Below, piece by piece: positions 38,935 through 53,826 of a DNA stretch of 64,000 nt. The stretch lies in NCBI RefSeq assembly GCF_009914755.1, contig NC_060937.1; one strand, written 5' to 3'. Source of the DNA: the human T2T-CHM13v2.0 reference genome, Homo sapiens. The position numbers and the translations under genes were made by a program. The stretch's first letter is position 1, and every line of letters begins with the position of its first letter. Under the pieces are notes generated by a model. That model saw only the letters and a list, made by a program, of their open reading frames with translations, was not told where the DNA came from and searched no databases.

Positions 38935-39390
38935 TGAGCCTTTATGAAAGGGAACAGCATGCTATAGGAGTATTTCAAGATGATGACTTTTCCTCTCCCC
39001 CTACCAGTGGCAGGAGATGATTTTTCTCTGATTATCATAGTAAGAACCTGGTGGAACTCCTGGAGGCAAAACTCATGAAAGTTGGCACACCTCTAGAGTT
39101 TTGAACTCTCAAGTTAGTCCACATTGAGCCTTCAAAATTCATCAATTGCAGTTTAAGTTTTCATATGGTTACTGGCTCCAGGTAAGGGCTTCTCCTCATC
39201 TTCTGCTTCCAGTAAGTTGTGATTCTCTGTATCCACCTGTCTCTTCAGATTTCTGGACAGCAATTTTCCCTGTGGCCTCAATTCTCTAAGACAAGTTCCT
39301 GATTTTCAGTTTGTTCGGCTTTTTCCTTGTTGTGAGGATGGAGTGTGACTTTCAAGCTCTCTGCATGGCAGACCAGAAGCTGGAAATCCT
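38935..39390 (-). mobile_element. L1MD/MC 5'UTR-like fragment
   Basis: Its reverse complement resembles 9320-9780, e.g. ctcctggaggcaaaactcatgaaagtt vs aacttttatgagttttacatccaggag. Confidence 0.6.
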
Positions 39391-40450
39391 TCTCTGTCTC
39401 TTCTATGCATTATTGTTCCCAAGGCCTTACCTCCACCAGAAGGCCAAGCAGATAACATTTAGTGCACAAGCCAAGGTGTGTTTAATGCATGATATCACAA
39501 CATGACTTGTTCATTTTCATATCATGGTTTAGATTATTTAAAATGTCATACAGCCCTGGAAAGCCTATAAACGATATTGGAAACACCTGTGCCTTATGGA
39601 ATTTGGACTGGCATGTTGAGGTTCTGTGGTGTGAGAACCCTTTTGAAAATCTCTGAAGGCAGATATCTTCTACAACAATCCTCATATGCATGTCCCCATC
39701 TGCAGTGTGGCTCCTCTGCTCCTTCCTTTGGGTCTGACCGTGAAGATAAGTCTCTCTGAGAGATGGAATTCCCACAGCTCCTCTGAGCAAGTTTTTGGAG
39801 CCACTAACACTGTGATGTTTCAGAAATCCTTCTTCCAGATCAAGTTAACAGAGAAAGGAAGCAAACAAACTAATAGTTTGAGAAAAAAATGTTAGTATGG
39901 GAAGTAAATTAATTCAATTTTATAACTGACACTAGGACCTTTTTTAGGTGCCTTGGATGTTTTAAGACTTTATACTTTGGTGATTTAGCTTTTCAGATCC
40001 TGTTATTTGTGATGATTGTCAAGGGTATTTCTTGATTCCTCTATTTACAGAGTAGAAACTGGAACACTTGACTTCTCTCTGGGGCTTATAGAATAGCCCC
40101 CTTCTAGAGATTCTAGTATTTCCAAGTGCCTACTTCTTGCCTTGCAATTTAGTTAACTGTGTGGTTATTCCATGCAGTAATGTTACTGTACCCTTGATAT
40201 CCACAGTCTCTGTGGTTTGGGATTGACCTAGCAAAATCTGACCCCTGGACTTGGACATATCCTCACCAGGCAAAGAAATCACAGTAACTGCAAACACTTG
40301 TGGAGATTATTTCAAATTTGTTTGGGTACTCAATGTGATTTAAATTTCCAGGGGGATCAGAATTTGCCCAGTTGATATTTTGTAATATTCTCAGCATCTA
40401 TAATGCTTATAAGAACTATGAGTCTGTCTAACAAGAAAGAAAGAATTTCA

Positions 40451-40743
<293 letters not shown>

Positions 40744-40954
40744 TTTTTTTTAACCAACTCACTACCCAGTAATTCAGAGAAGAACTATGAACAAGTCATT
40801 CATAAGAACAGGGCAGGGTCAAGTGAAAGTACAAAATTCAATCACCTTGGTATGTTCCTGGATTTATTTTTGTTTCCCGAAGCCCTTTATGTGAAGTGGT
40901 GGACATGAGGCAGAAAGTGTTGGTCAACTAGTTTAAAACATAAGAAGAATAGCA

Positions 40955-41185
40955 ATTTGTGGTGACTGGCTCCTACTACGTGCCAGGTACTGTGCTAAAT
41001 ATTTAATGTAAAACATTTCATTCTCTTGACAATCTTATGAAAAAAGTGCTATTATATTTCCATTTTACAGATGAAGAAATTGAGGCCAGAGAAATAGAGT
41101 CCAAGTTCTTACAGCTACAAAGAGACAGAGTTCAGCTTTGAACCCAAGGACCCTAGCTCTAGGAATTTAACCAATGTACTATATC
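40955..41185 (-). mobile_element. MIR
   Basis: ctactacgtgccaggtactgtgctaaat...ccattttacagatgaagaaattgaggc. Confidence 0.75.
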
Positions 41186-41489
41186 CAGAGGTAGGGCAAT
41201 CTTTTATCTTCAGATTGTTACCTATTTGGTCTAATATGAGCAGCATCAAAAAGTTCACTTGCCTACATCAATCTTGTCCACTGCGAGATGACACTCATGA
41301 GATATGTATTGGCTGAGGCTTGCCTTCCTGCATGTAAAAGTGAACTCTCCTGGGGCCTGGGAGTAAAGGTAGGGATAACTTACTAAATACCTTAGTTCTG
41401 AACACCTTAGTATTTGTTATAGATTGATTTCTTTTATTGATGAGGGAATCTTAAGTGTAAAGTCAAATTTTTAGAACTGAATGTTTTCG

Positions 41490-41700
41490 CTCATGCACTC
41501 ACCATAGTCTTGCCACTATCTGGCTGTGTAGAACTCAGGCAAGTTCCTTAAGCTCTTTGTGCTTGCATTTTCTCATGTATAAAATGGAGGTAATGATAGA
41601 ACCAACTACGTAAGATTGTTGTCATGATTAAATGAGATAATATGTGAAAGGTACCTACCCAGTGCCTAGTATACAATAAGCCTTCAATACTTGTTATTAG
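41490..41700 (+). mobile_element. MIR
   Basis: ggcaagttccttaagctctttgtgc...tcatgtataaaatggaggtaatgatag...attaaatgagataatatgtgaaag. Confidence 0.75.
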
Positions 41701-42453
41701 TATCAATCACTGTTAGACCAATGAGATAAAGAGAAGGAGGTCAAATCTCATTCCCACTTGATATGTTCTTGCTCAGATTTATTTTCAGAGTGGAAACCAC
41801 AAGTTCACTTAATCGCCTTCCTTTGGGACTTGCCAATTGTCTGATAATTCTCCTCAAGTTAACTATCAGGATTCACTGGTACATGATCCAAGGCCATTGC
41901 TCTTATTTTTTTCATAATGGGTGTTTGGGGATAGAAGAGGAATATTATTGGTATTTTCAACAGTTAGAATGGCATGAAACTCTCCAAAAATAAGAAGCCC
42001 AGCAGTTGGCAACATGGTGTTGTTCTTAGATTCCCAAGCTCACATCTTGTGAGCTTTGCTATTGTCATAGCCCTGGGTCTTTGCCTAGGCTGTTCCTTCT
42101 GCTTTAAAGTCTCTTGTTCCTTGAGAATTCTACACTGGTCTTGCTTGTCTACCTGTTCAACCCCTACTGCTTTATAGCAAACATTTGTCTTTATTTCTCT
42201 TCTTTTTTTTTGTGATCCAGAAGCTATTCTGTCTTCCTGCAATGGGAAATATGCCATTGTGTGACTTTTGGTAGGCTCAAGGAACCTTCTCTTTACAGAG
42301 GCAAAACCCTGGCAATGTGAGTGCTGGAATGTTGTCTAAGATGCTTTTTCCTGAGAATTTGAACCTGGAAATAAATTATAAAAATAATCAGAAGACATTC
42401 TGTGGCAACTACATGTTATACAGGGTACCGTAGTGGGTATACTACGACTCCAT

Positions 42454-42910
42454 CAGTGGTGTGCTGGAACCAGCTGGCACAGGCTTCCCAGAGTCGATTC
42501 TTAAAATTTCCAGATTTGCATCAGTTGTTAAACATATTTATTATGAATTAATTACTAAATTACACAAACTAATAACTACATAAATTATACTGTAAAAAAG
42601 GTAAGAGATACTCAGTCATCAGTTCCTAATTCTTATGCCTTTGTGGTTATTTATGCTTGCCATATATATATGATTAACATGTATATATATATGATATATA
42701 TATCATATAATCGTATATGTATGATAAATTCTATATAGTGGTGTGGTGTGTTACTGTTCATTTTTTCCCAGCTCTAATTCAGTGATATCGTATTGGCAGC
42801 TTGAAATCACCCACAGTGAAAATATTTACACCATGAACATTGGCAAATGCTACAAATAAGGGTTTTTTTTTTCTTGGAAAGCTAGTCTCTAACATTTACC
42901 AGCACACCAC
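42454..42910 (+). mobile_element. MER63B-like hAT element
   Basis: TIRs cagtggtgtgctgg / ccagcacaccac, with internal atatttacaccatg...ggcaaatgctacaaat. Confidence 0.75.
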
Positions 42911-43093
42911 ATCCAGTGTTTAATGGTGGTGATGCCAGGCTCACCATCTACAGTCCAGATAGCAGCAGGGTGTCCTCACCAGGCTGTTTGTCCATGGCTG
43001 TGACCATCAGACTCCCATTGTTTCTACCTCCATCCTGCGCCTGACCCTCTAGTTTTTCTAAAAGTCTGTGGACTAATCTCTATTCCTCCAATA

Positions 43094-43405
43094 TAGACAG
43101 TCCCCAACTTATGATGGTTCGACTTAAAATTTTTCAACTTTACAATCGTGTGCAACTGTCATAATTTTGACATAATGTACAGTGTTTGACAAGTTACATG
43201 AGCTATACAACACTTTATTATAAAATAGCGTCGGGCTAGATAATTCTGCCTAACTGCAGGCTAACGTGTTATGAGCATGTGTAAGGTAGGCTAGGACAAG
43301 CTGTGATGTTCAGTAGATTATTTAGATGCATTTTTGACTTAAGACATTTTCAACTTAAGATGGGTTTATCAGGATGTAACTCCATTGTAAGTCAAATAGC
43401 ATCTG
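43094..43405 (-). mobile_element. MER47A/Tigger5-type element
   Basis: Ends agacagtccccaactta / gtaagtcaaatagcatctg with flanking TA, and internal aaggtaggctagg...gatgggtttatcaggatgtaac. Confidence 0.75.
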
Positions 43406-45182
43406 TATATTCCGTTTTTGCTCAAGTTAACCCATTTCTATTTCCAAATAAGAATCATAGCAGTTTTATCATATTTTCAAAGTCTATCACAGACAGCCAA
43501 CCCTGACACCCCTCACCATATGTACATATTTTCCTTTTGCTACATGTAACTGTTATTCAGGCTTCTATATTTGCACTAAGCATAGCGTTGTAATATATTT
43601 GTTTATATCTCTGTATCCTTGAAGTTAGGAACATTGTCTTATTTACCTTTATTTCTCAAGGTGCTATCACCAGGCCCAGAACAGAGAAGGTCATAAATAA
43701 ATTATTTATTTACTTACAAATAGTAAAATTTACTTATAAATAAATAATTGTAACGATTAGTTATTTGTAATTATTAAACAGTAATAATTGCTTACAATTT
43801 TTTGTTGATTTTCTTCATAAGGAAGCTGAGGGTTGTGTGGTGGCAGTTGTAGACACATTCCATTGCTCATGGGACCAACACTTCTGAAATGACCTCCAAC
43901 ATCACTGTGATTCAGGAAAGGTGAATAGGGACATGCAATTTGAATCCTCCTTTGTTTACTGTAGCTGAAGCTGCATGATTCAGAAACTACATGAAGCAAG
44001 GGACAGGAGAGGATATGGTGATGTTATCATTCAGAAACTGAAAGATAATGTCAAGTAAATCTTCTACTCAAAATAAAAATCTATGCTTAGGAAGAATAAA
44101 AGAAAAGGTCAGATTCAAAAATTAAAGAGCATGAACCAAAAAGCAAAAGCACAAAAAACAGCTGAATGGCTGACCAAAAGAAAACTATCAATGATAGGAA
44201 AAATTGAAGAAGGAGAATATACAGAAAAAAACTAGAGAATATATATAAGAACACAGCCAAAATACAAAGTATCTTTTCAATTTTGGAAGGAGTTTTGATT
44301 GTCTCCTTACTTATGGAAGATTTTATGGGCTGTACTTAAATTTAATCCAGTGCTTTCAGAATAAGGCAAGGGAATGCAGTTCTATCAGTAATATTTGTAA
44401 TCTAAATTAGAGACTTTGTTACTAGCACCCTTCAAATTAATGTGGTCTGATATAGTTTTAATTGACACAATAAGTTTCACAGTGGGTGTAATGATTTATA
44501 TAAATGTAAATCCAAAATTGTACTCTGATCTGATCAGTCTAGAATTACTTTTGAAGTAAACATGTGAACTCTATTGTCAAGGGAATAAATCTAATGAAAA
44601 AGCTGCAGGGAAAATTGCTTATTATGCTCATAAAAGATAAAGGAATCAATATGAGGTCTGTTTGTTACACGGTTTTGCATAACTTTTATTAATTGAACAG
44701 ACATTTAAAGGATTTTCTAAGTTTTCTCTGAATTGTCAGATAAGAATGTTAGAAGCAGAGTAGATAAAATAATGAATGTCAAAGTTCTAAATATTAATAC
44801 ACTAAAACAATAAAGTATAAAGAGAATATAGAACAGCCAGAATCTCTAAAATGGTAAAGTGGGGATACACATAAATCCATTCCTTCATAAAAGCAGTGAG
44901 AACATTGGCAAAAAATGTCAACATCAACTTGTTCAGAACTCTGAAAATTAAGCAGTCTTATAACAATTCAAAGAGTAAAATTTATTTAAGAAAAACTGGT
45001 TACATCTTGGTACCAAAAGGGATACTTAAAAAACAAACTTTATTGAAGTATAATCTACCTACCATAAATTTAACTCATTTTTAACTGTGCAACCAGTGAT
45101 TTCTACTAAATTTATTATGTTGGAAAACTATCACCATAATCCAATTGTAGAACATTTTTATCCCCTCAGTAAGATCCCTCGT

Positions 45183-45473
45183 GGCCTGGCATGGTGGTTC
45201 ATGCCTGTAATCCCAGGGCTTTAGGAGGCTGAGGTGGAAGGATTGCTTTAGTTTAGGAATTCAAGGCCAGCCTGAGCAACATGGTGAAACACTGTCTACA
45301 AAACCCAAAAATTTTGGCCGGGTGTGGTGGCCTGCGCCTGTAGTTACAGTTACTCTGGAGGCTGAGGTGGGAGGATCACTTGAGCCTTGGAGATCAAGGC
45401 TACAGTGAACCACGATCGCACCACTGTACTCCACCCTGGGTGACAGAGCGAGACCCTGTTTCAAAAAAAAAAA
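45183..45473 (+). mobile_element. AluJ
   Basis: Dimer with J diagnostics (ggaggatcacttgagcc, aggctacagtga, gagaccctgt). Confidence 0.9.
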
Positions 45474-46430
45474 CTCCCTAATGCCTGCTGTGAATTTCAG
45501 AGTTATTATAAAGGATGCCTTAAATGCCAAGAACTCACACGTAGAGATAGACATTCCTTTTGTTCTTTTTCTTTTTTAGTCTAACCCAGTGAGTCTCAAA
45601 TTCAGGGGTATATTCTAGTTATTAAACAACATGTGGATTTTTTTGTGGATATTTTAAAGTATTTTAGGGGTAATTTTTACTGTATTTTATTTTTGCTTCA
45701 TGTAGAACATTAGATTCTTAGATAATCATAATTAAAACTTTGCTATCTTCTTTAACCCAATGGTTATTAAGAAAACATTTATTAAATATCCAAGTGGCTG
45801 AGATTTTTTTGTTCAATTGTTTAAACATTGCCAGTAGTTTGTAATCTTGTTGCATTTTATTAAAAAGTGGAATGTTGAAGTTTTGCTTTGGATTTAGTAA
45901 AAAGAACTTGAAGCCAGTTGTGGTCATTATTTTAAATGCTTAATGAACAGCTGAAAAGAGTATGTTAGCTTCAAAATATAATACATTTCATTGTATTATT
46001 AAAGATTAAATCCTTATTTATATTTTCTTATTTGATGTGTCAGTGGCTAAGATAGGTGTATGTTCCATTATAATTATGTTTTAGTCTGTTTCTCCTTAAA
46101 AGTCTTAGAGTTTTTTCTTCATTTGTTTTGGTGCTTTGCCATCAGGTACATAAACTCTCATGCTCTCATGACTAACTTCTACTAGCTTATTATGACTTGA
46201 TTTTGTATTATAGTTTTAATAAATATAAAATTACATATCTAAAGATTTTTTGCTGTCAAAACTGTCACCTCAACTATATCTTTTTTGCATTTGAACGTGG
46301 AACTTATCTTTGAGTTTTAAACTTTCTATATCCTTTTGTTTTTATCATATTTCTTATAAACAACATATAGTTAATTTAGAAAGAGGGCTAGATATATTTT
46401 ACTATGAGCACATAAAAACTAACCTTACAC

Positions 46431-46726
46431 TTTTTTTTTTTTTTGAGACAGAGTCTTGCTCCGTCGCCCAGGTGGAGTGCAGTGGCAAGATCTCGGTTCA
46501 CTGCAACCTCTGCCTCTTGAATTCAAGCCAGCCTCCTACCTCAGCCTCCTGAGTAGCTAGGACTACAGGCATGTGCCACCACACCCAATTAATTTTTGTA
46601 TTTTTAGTGAAGATGGGGTTTCACCATGTTGGCCAGGCTGGTCTCAAACTCCTGACCTCAGCCTGATCTGCCTGCCTCAGCCTCCCAAAGTGCTGGGATT
46701 ACAGGCGTGAACCACTACACCCAGGC
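46431..46726 (-). mobile_element. AluS
   Basis: Antisense dimer with TSD aaccttacacttttt on both sides. Confidence 0.93.
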
Positions 46727-47220
46727 AACCTTACACTTTTTAGCTAATACACTGTATTCCATTACCTGTATACCATTACTCAGTAACTTCCTGTGAGTAA
46801 GCATTTGGGTTGTTTCCAGTTTGAATCTTTGGTTATTATAAATGTGGTGATGAACACCATCATATGCATAGCTTCATATATGTGAAATTATATAAATAAA
46901 ATGAATTATATGCAATGGTGTTTGTGGATTAAAAGGTAGGTGTATTTTAGTTCCTTGATACTGCCAATGTATCCATTAAAAAATTTATATTGGATATGGA
47001 AATTACAAGAGGCTATAATCATATACAGATTTATTTCTCTTCCCATTCAGCTATTAAGGATAAGGAGACACTATCTGTTGGAAGAGAGAAAACATTCCAA
47101 TTTCTTTTTCTTCCAAATGCATAACTGATAATCCCAACATTACTAACTAATCCTTATTGCTTTTTGAAATGTCATTTTCATTATATTTTGACTTCCCATA
47201 TAAACCGAACAGACTTCTAA

Positions 47221-47621
<401 letters not shown>

Positions 47622-47639
47622 TGAGGTATTTCTCTTGGG

Positions 47640-48173
47640 TGTGGCCAAAAGCCAAGATAGACCTCTCTACAAGAGCCCTGATGGGGGAGTTAGGTTTGGT
47701 TGTGTGTGTCGGGTGAGACACAATGAGGAAGTTAAACTAAAATGCACAAAACAGAAGAAACTTATTGTTCATAGGTCCCAAAAGGGTTGGGAGTACCAAG
47801 AGGACATCTAGGAATGGCAAGGAGCTTCACCAGTGGGTGGAGAGAGAGAGTGAGGACCCATGGGTGTTATGCCTTAGGCTTTCTTGTGGGGTTGTGGATT
47901 GGGTAGTTTAAAGAAAACATGCACAAATTGGGGAGTGTATTTACATGTCTCTAGTTTTCACCACTAGGTTTTATCATGATAAGCAGCTATGGCATGTGCT
48001 GGGTTTGGGGTCAGTGCAACGAGGAAAAAGCATGCCATATTACAAACAAACAGTCGGGGAGGGAAGGTTTTAGCTAGTCTAAAGGTGACAGGGTAGGACT
48101 GAGTTTCAAACACCTTACGTCAGACCTAAAATTGGATATCAAGGCAGCAACTATACTAAACAAATTTATGATG
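47640..48173 (-). mobile_element. MER74-like ERVL solo LTR
   Basis: The minus strand begins ...ataaatttgtttagtatagttgctgccttgatatccaattttaggtctgac, resembling the recalled MER74 consensus. Confidence 0.55.
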
Positions 48174-48589
48174 AAACCTCTAAAAAACATTATTTTAGCT
48201 TTATATGTTAATATATATCATATCATAGTTTGCATTCCAATTATACCTCATTTACAAACACATAGCAATGACAGATAAATATAAAAGTAGAAATCAAGAA
48301 CATTGTTATATAAAAAATATGATATACATTTTTTGGTTAACCATTATTGGAACAAAAAAGTGAAATGATGAATGATGTGTGTGGCTAAAGCTATTGAGCT
48401 GTTGTTCTCTGAATTATGAAGCGGATTATGTTGGTCAGGGCCTTGGCTCTGGGTAGTAGAGGGGACAAAATTATTTCATACAACTGAGGGCCTTGAGACA
48501 GACTTACTACTTCTTGAAGTGAGGACCTGGAGTATACCACTCTCAAACCCAGTTTTGAAAGTAGACAGAACAAACAAGCAAACTGAGGC

Positions 48590-49950
<1,361 letters not shown>

Positions 49951-51084
49951 AGATAAGAAAACATTAGGAAAAATATAAAAAGTTGGGCAAATTTAATTAT
50001 AAATAATAAGAGTATAAAATGTTCAAATATTTTGTGAATTATAGAACTTGTGAATTGACCAAACTTGTCCATTTGGACTGGACTGAAAAAGTAATACAGA
50101 TATATGCTGTTTAAAGGAGACACATGTAAAGCATAATCATACATCAAGTTTCTAGGAAAATAAAATGATGGAAAAAGATGAAGCAAAAAGAATTAAAGAA
50201 ATGTAGTTTGTCTATATAATTATCAGACAAATATATTTTAAGACATAAATCAACCTTGTTATAGGGTGGATCATTTATAATGACAAAAGGTACAACTCAC
50301 CAAGAAGAATAAAACAATTTGGTGTGTACCTAATAAATATCCTCAAAATATATAAAGCAAAAAATGATGATAATATAAGGAAAAACCGACAAATCCATTT
50401 TAGTGGGACATTTTAATATTCCTTTCTCAATTAAATCTGAGCAACAGGTTCAAAGTAAAGGAAATATAAAAAGTCCACCATTCAGCAATGAATTCACCAT
50501 CCCAGAGCACATTTTTCACAAACACACATACAAAGTTACAAAAAAGATCTTATCTAATTGATCACAGATTAGTGAGCCTAACACATTTCAAAACAGGTAT
50601 AGACAAAGTTCTCTCTTTGATGCTACCTCCCTTGCAATTACTTCCCAGGTCTCTTCTAAACTCTGGCATTCAATTGTCACAAAACCATGTCTTTAAATCA
50701 GAATCTCCTTACTGTTAATTTAGTTCAGAGATATGATGGGTTTAATCACAGGGTATTTAGCAAGATTAAAAACTCCTCAGCCATCACTCAACATATTTAT
50801 CTTAAATACTCTAATAAATACTGTAATAGGATTTTCTCACTAGAACTCAAAAGGCCACAGTATTATTAATCACTTAAATTCCTGTTTGATGCATGACCTT
50901 AGTTCCTCTAAGGACTTGGGGAGTCAAAGTAAATGGAATTTCTACAGTATGTTCAAAATTACCATAGAGTATCTTATCTTAAATCCAAGCCAAGTATAAT
51001 TATATTAATATTATTAATAGCAGCCGCTACTAATTATTAGACACCCTAAGTTGCTAGGTCCCTGATTTTTTCAAATGATAATAA

Positions 51085-51330
51085 TAGTATTTCTCTAGCA
51101 CTTATTAAATCCCTGACTATATTCTAAGTGCTTTACATGTATTATCTTATTTAACGCTGCAAAACTTTATAAAGTAGGTGTTATGGTTTTTTCCCATTTT
51201 TACAGAAGAGAAATTGCAAGCTTAGAAAATTTAAGAAACTTGCCCAAGCTTACACAACTAATAAGTTGTATTACAGAGATTCAAACTAAGATCTCCTACT
51301 CCAAAACCCAAGCTGATAACCCCTACCATA
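51085..51330 (-). mobile_element. MIR
   Basis: ttctaagtgctttacatgtattatcttattt...cccattttacagaagagaaattg...aacttgcccaag. Confidence 0.7.
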
Positions 51331-52136
51331 CCCTCCCTCTCCACATATCTCATTTTATTTATTGATCATTGTCTTCTTAGTAGCATTATGTTACAGATAA
51401 GGCAAGTGAGGCCCCAGGAGGGCAAATAACCTTCCCAAGACCAGAGCTAATCAGTAGCAGAACAGGCCTTGGAAATTCAGTTTGCCTGATTTCCACACCT
51501 GTGCTCTTAACGTCTCTGCACATCTGTTTGGACTACAGCCTCGGCAAAAATGAGCTTACTCTCGAGAAAGCAAAGCATGATTTCTGACAAAATCCTTGGC
51601 CACCAATTCATGCTTTACTCAACCACTAAAATACAAGCCTTTTTTCAGCCATTCAACTGACAGTTGATTAATTCAAAGAGCCTTTTAAAAAGAGAATCAT
51701 AAATAATGAGACACAGTTCCTTAAATGTTTTAACTTAAGGTATATAAAATTACATTTATGTGCCAATCTTTTGATATAGGGCCAAGGCCTTTTCTCTGAA
51801 TATGGATGTGCTAATTGGAACTCTTTTTGTTGTCATCTTTCTTGCATCAACCACACCCCTAATGCATCTGCTAGGATTTTCAGATTAAAGCAAAACTGGA
51901 ATCTAAAGACATTTATGAAGCAATCTAAGTGCAAATTCCCACTCAGTTTTGACACATATTTCTAAAACATTTATAGTTTTCTTGCATATGTACGTTGCAT
52001 ACACTATATATGTAACACAAATACATAATATATGATATAAAGGTATGCACATAAATATGTATACATATAGACATATATCACTATACAATATTTATAATAT
52101 ATGATACATAATAAAATATATTTGTTAGTGATTTTT

Positions 52137-52242
52137 TCACATTTTCCCAAGCATTTTATTTAACTTTCACTGAAAAAACACTGATTAAATGTCTTTATCA
52201 CATTTTCCCAAGCATTTTACTTAACTTTCACTGAAAAAAACA
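52137..52242. repeat. 44-bp direct repeat with a 17-bp spacer
   Basis: tcacattttcccaagcatttta(t/c)ttaactttcactgaaaaaa(a)ca at 52137-52180 and 52198-52242. Confidence 0.92.
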
Positions 52243-52756
52243 ACTACATTTCCTTCAGCACACACATATATTGGTTTGGGGTTATAAAATATAAAATAAC
52301 ATTAATTAGGATAACAGGTACAACTGGCATTAATAGGAAAGGACAAATAATAGTGGCCTTAGCAGGCACACACCTCAACTGCTGGCCAATGGGTGCCCCG
52401 CCCCGTAGAAGAGCCTGCTAGCTGCAGGCAGGCTGCATTCTCTGGGCATCAGTTACACTGTTTTACAAAGAGAATGAATCAGTCCTGGGTAGAAATTAAG
52501 TAGCAGTTGATTTTAAAGTTGTGTGCTATAGTTTTAATAAAGGAACTATGACATATTCTGATATGAATCTTGCTACAATTTCCTTGGGTTAAACCCCTCA
52601 CAATTTTTGAAGGCATCCTTAAACATATTCCAAAGTTTCAAAGCTTAGAAACGATATTGTAAGAAACAACTGTGGGTGACAGTAGCCCCAGACCAACTTC
52701 CCCCACTCAGAGTTGTGGTGCTTATGCAGCCTTTATCAGTTGGAATTAGTCTGCTT

Positions 52757-52928
52757 AACTGAGGTTCTGAGGCTTAGCTGCCCATAGAATCACCTGAGGG
52801 GCTTTAAAACACGTGGAAGTGTGGACCCCACCCCCAGAGTGGTTGATCTCATTGATGAGAGGTGCAGTCCGGGCATTTTTTTAAAGCCCCCTGGGTAACT
52901 TTAATGTGCAGCCAAGGTTTAGAACCAA
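52757..52928. mobile_element. MER5A/B (hAT-Charlie)
   Basis: agaatcacctgagggctttaaaa...ggacccacccccagag...aatgtgcagccaaggtttagaacca. Confidence 0.75.
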
Positions 52929-53767
52929 GAATATAGAAACTCTTAAGCCTCTGAGTGGCCACCAAGCCCAAACCCAAGATCATAGAACAACTTTCCTTCA
53001 CCCCACTGAACCCAGGACTTTTCCATTTTAAAGAATATTTGCGAGTTTCAATGGGTTTTACTGTCCATTCAGGAATTATCTGTTTTGACTTGGATGTGAG
53101 GGTGTAGTTAATCCATGACTGGGTTAGCTCACTCTTATTAGACATTGGGAGAAGCTTGGAATCATCTTACCCATTTGTAGAAGACTCATCCCAGGACTAA
53201 CCTACATTTAAAATGAAGTCCCTGAAGTCAGCTCTGTAACAAATTTGCATCCAAATTTTTACCTCAGGATTGGTTCATGTAGTCGACATAAAACCATCAA
53301 AATACTCCTGTAACATGGGCAAAGCCTTTCATATTATCTACCTGCAAAGGAGATTTGCCTGCTGCCTCTTGGAGGGCCAGCTCAGCCTGCTTTCTGGTGC
53401 AGTGGGCATTGCCGTGGAAACACTGCTGTTTCCAGAGTCCTCTCTGAGTCTTTGTCACTGAGGAACAATTGACTTTGGGGAAATTTCTTCACCTTTCTGA
53501 GGTTGGATTAGATATGAATAATAATTTTCTGACTCTGAATCCTATACTGCCTTGTGTTTTAGTTGTTCTTTCATCTTTTCAGTGAGGAAAGGACCATGCG
53601 AGGAGCCAGCACCCTGAGGTTGCCAAACAAACCCACGGCCCCCTCCGCAGACAGGAGGAGGCGTGGAGTTTGGAACCACCTCCCCAGACTCCAGCTGCCT
53701 GGCAGAGATCTTCAGGGCTGGGGGTGAACCTAGAAACCAACCACCTCTCTGTGAGTGCTCACAGAGC

Positions 53768-53826
53768 ACCTTTCAATGAGGAAAGGACCTTTCAATGAGG
53801 AAAGGACCTTTCAATGAGGAAAGGAC
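53768..53826. repeat. 19-bp tandem repeat x3 (acctttcaatgaggaaagg)
   Basis: Three perfect copies, plus a fourth near-copy at 53577-53595. Confidence 0.95.

Noticed and set aside
53577-53826. Palindromic 19-bp repeats reminiscent of a CRISPR array
   Set aside because: The context is eukaryotic, the repeats are tandem without unique spacers, and there are no cas genes.
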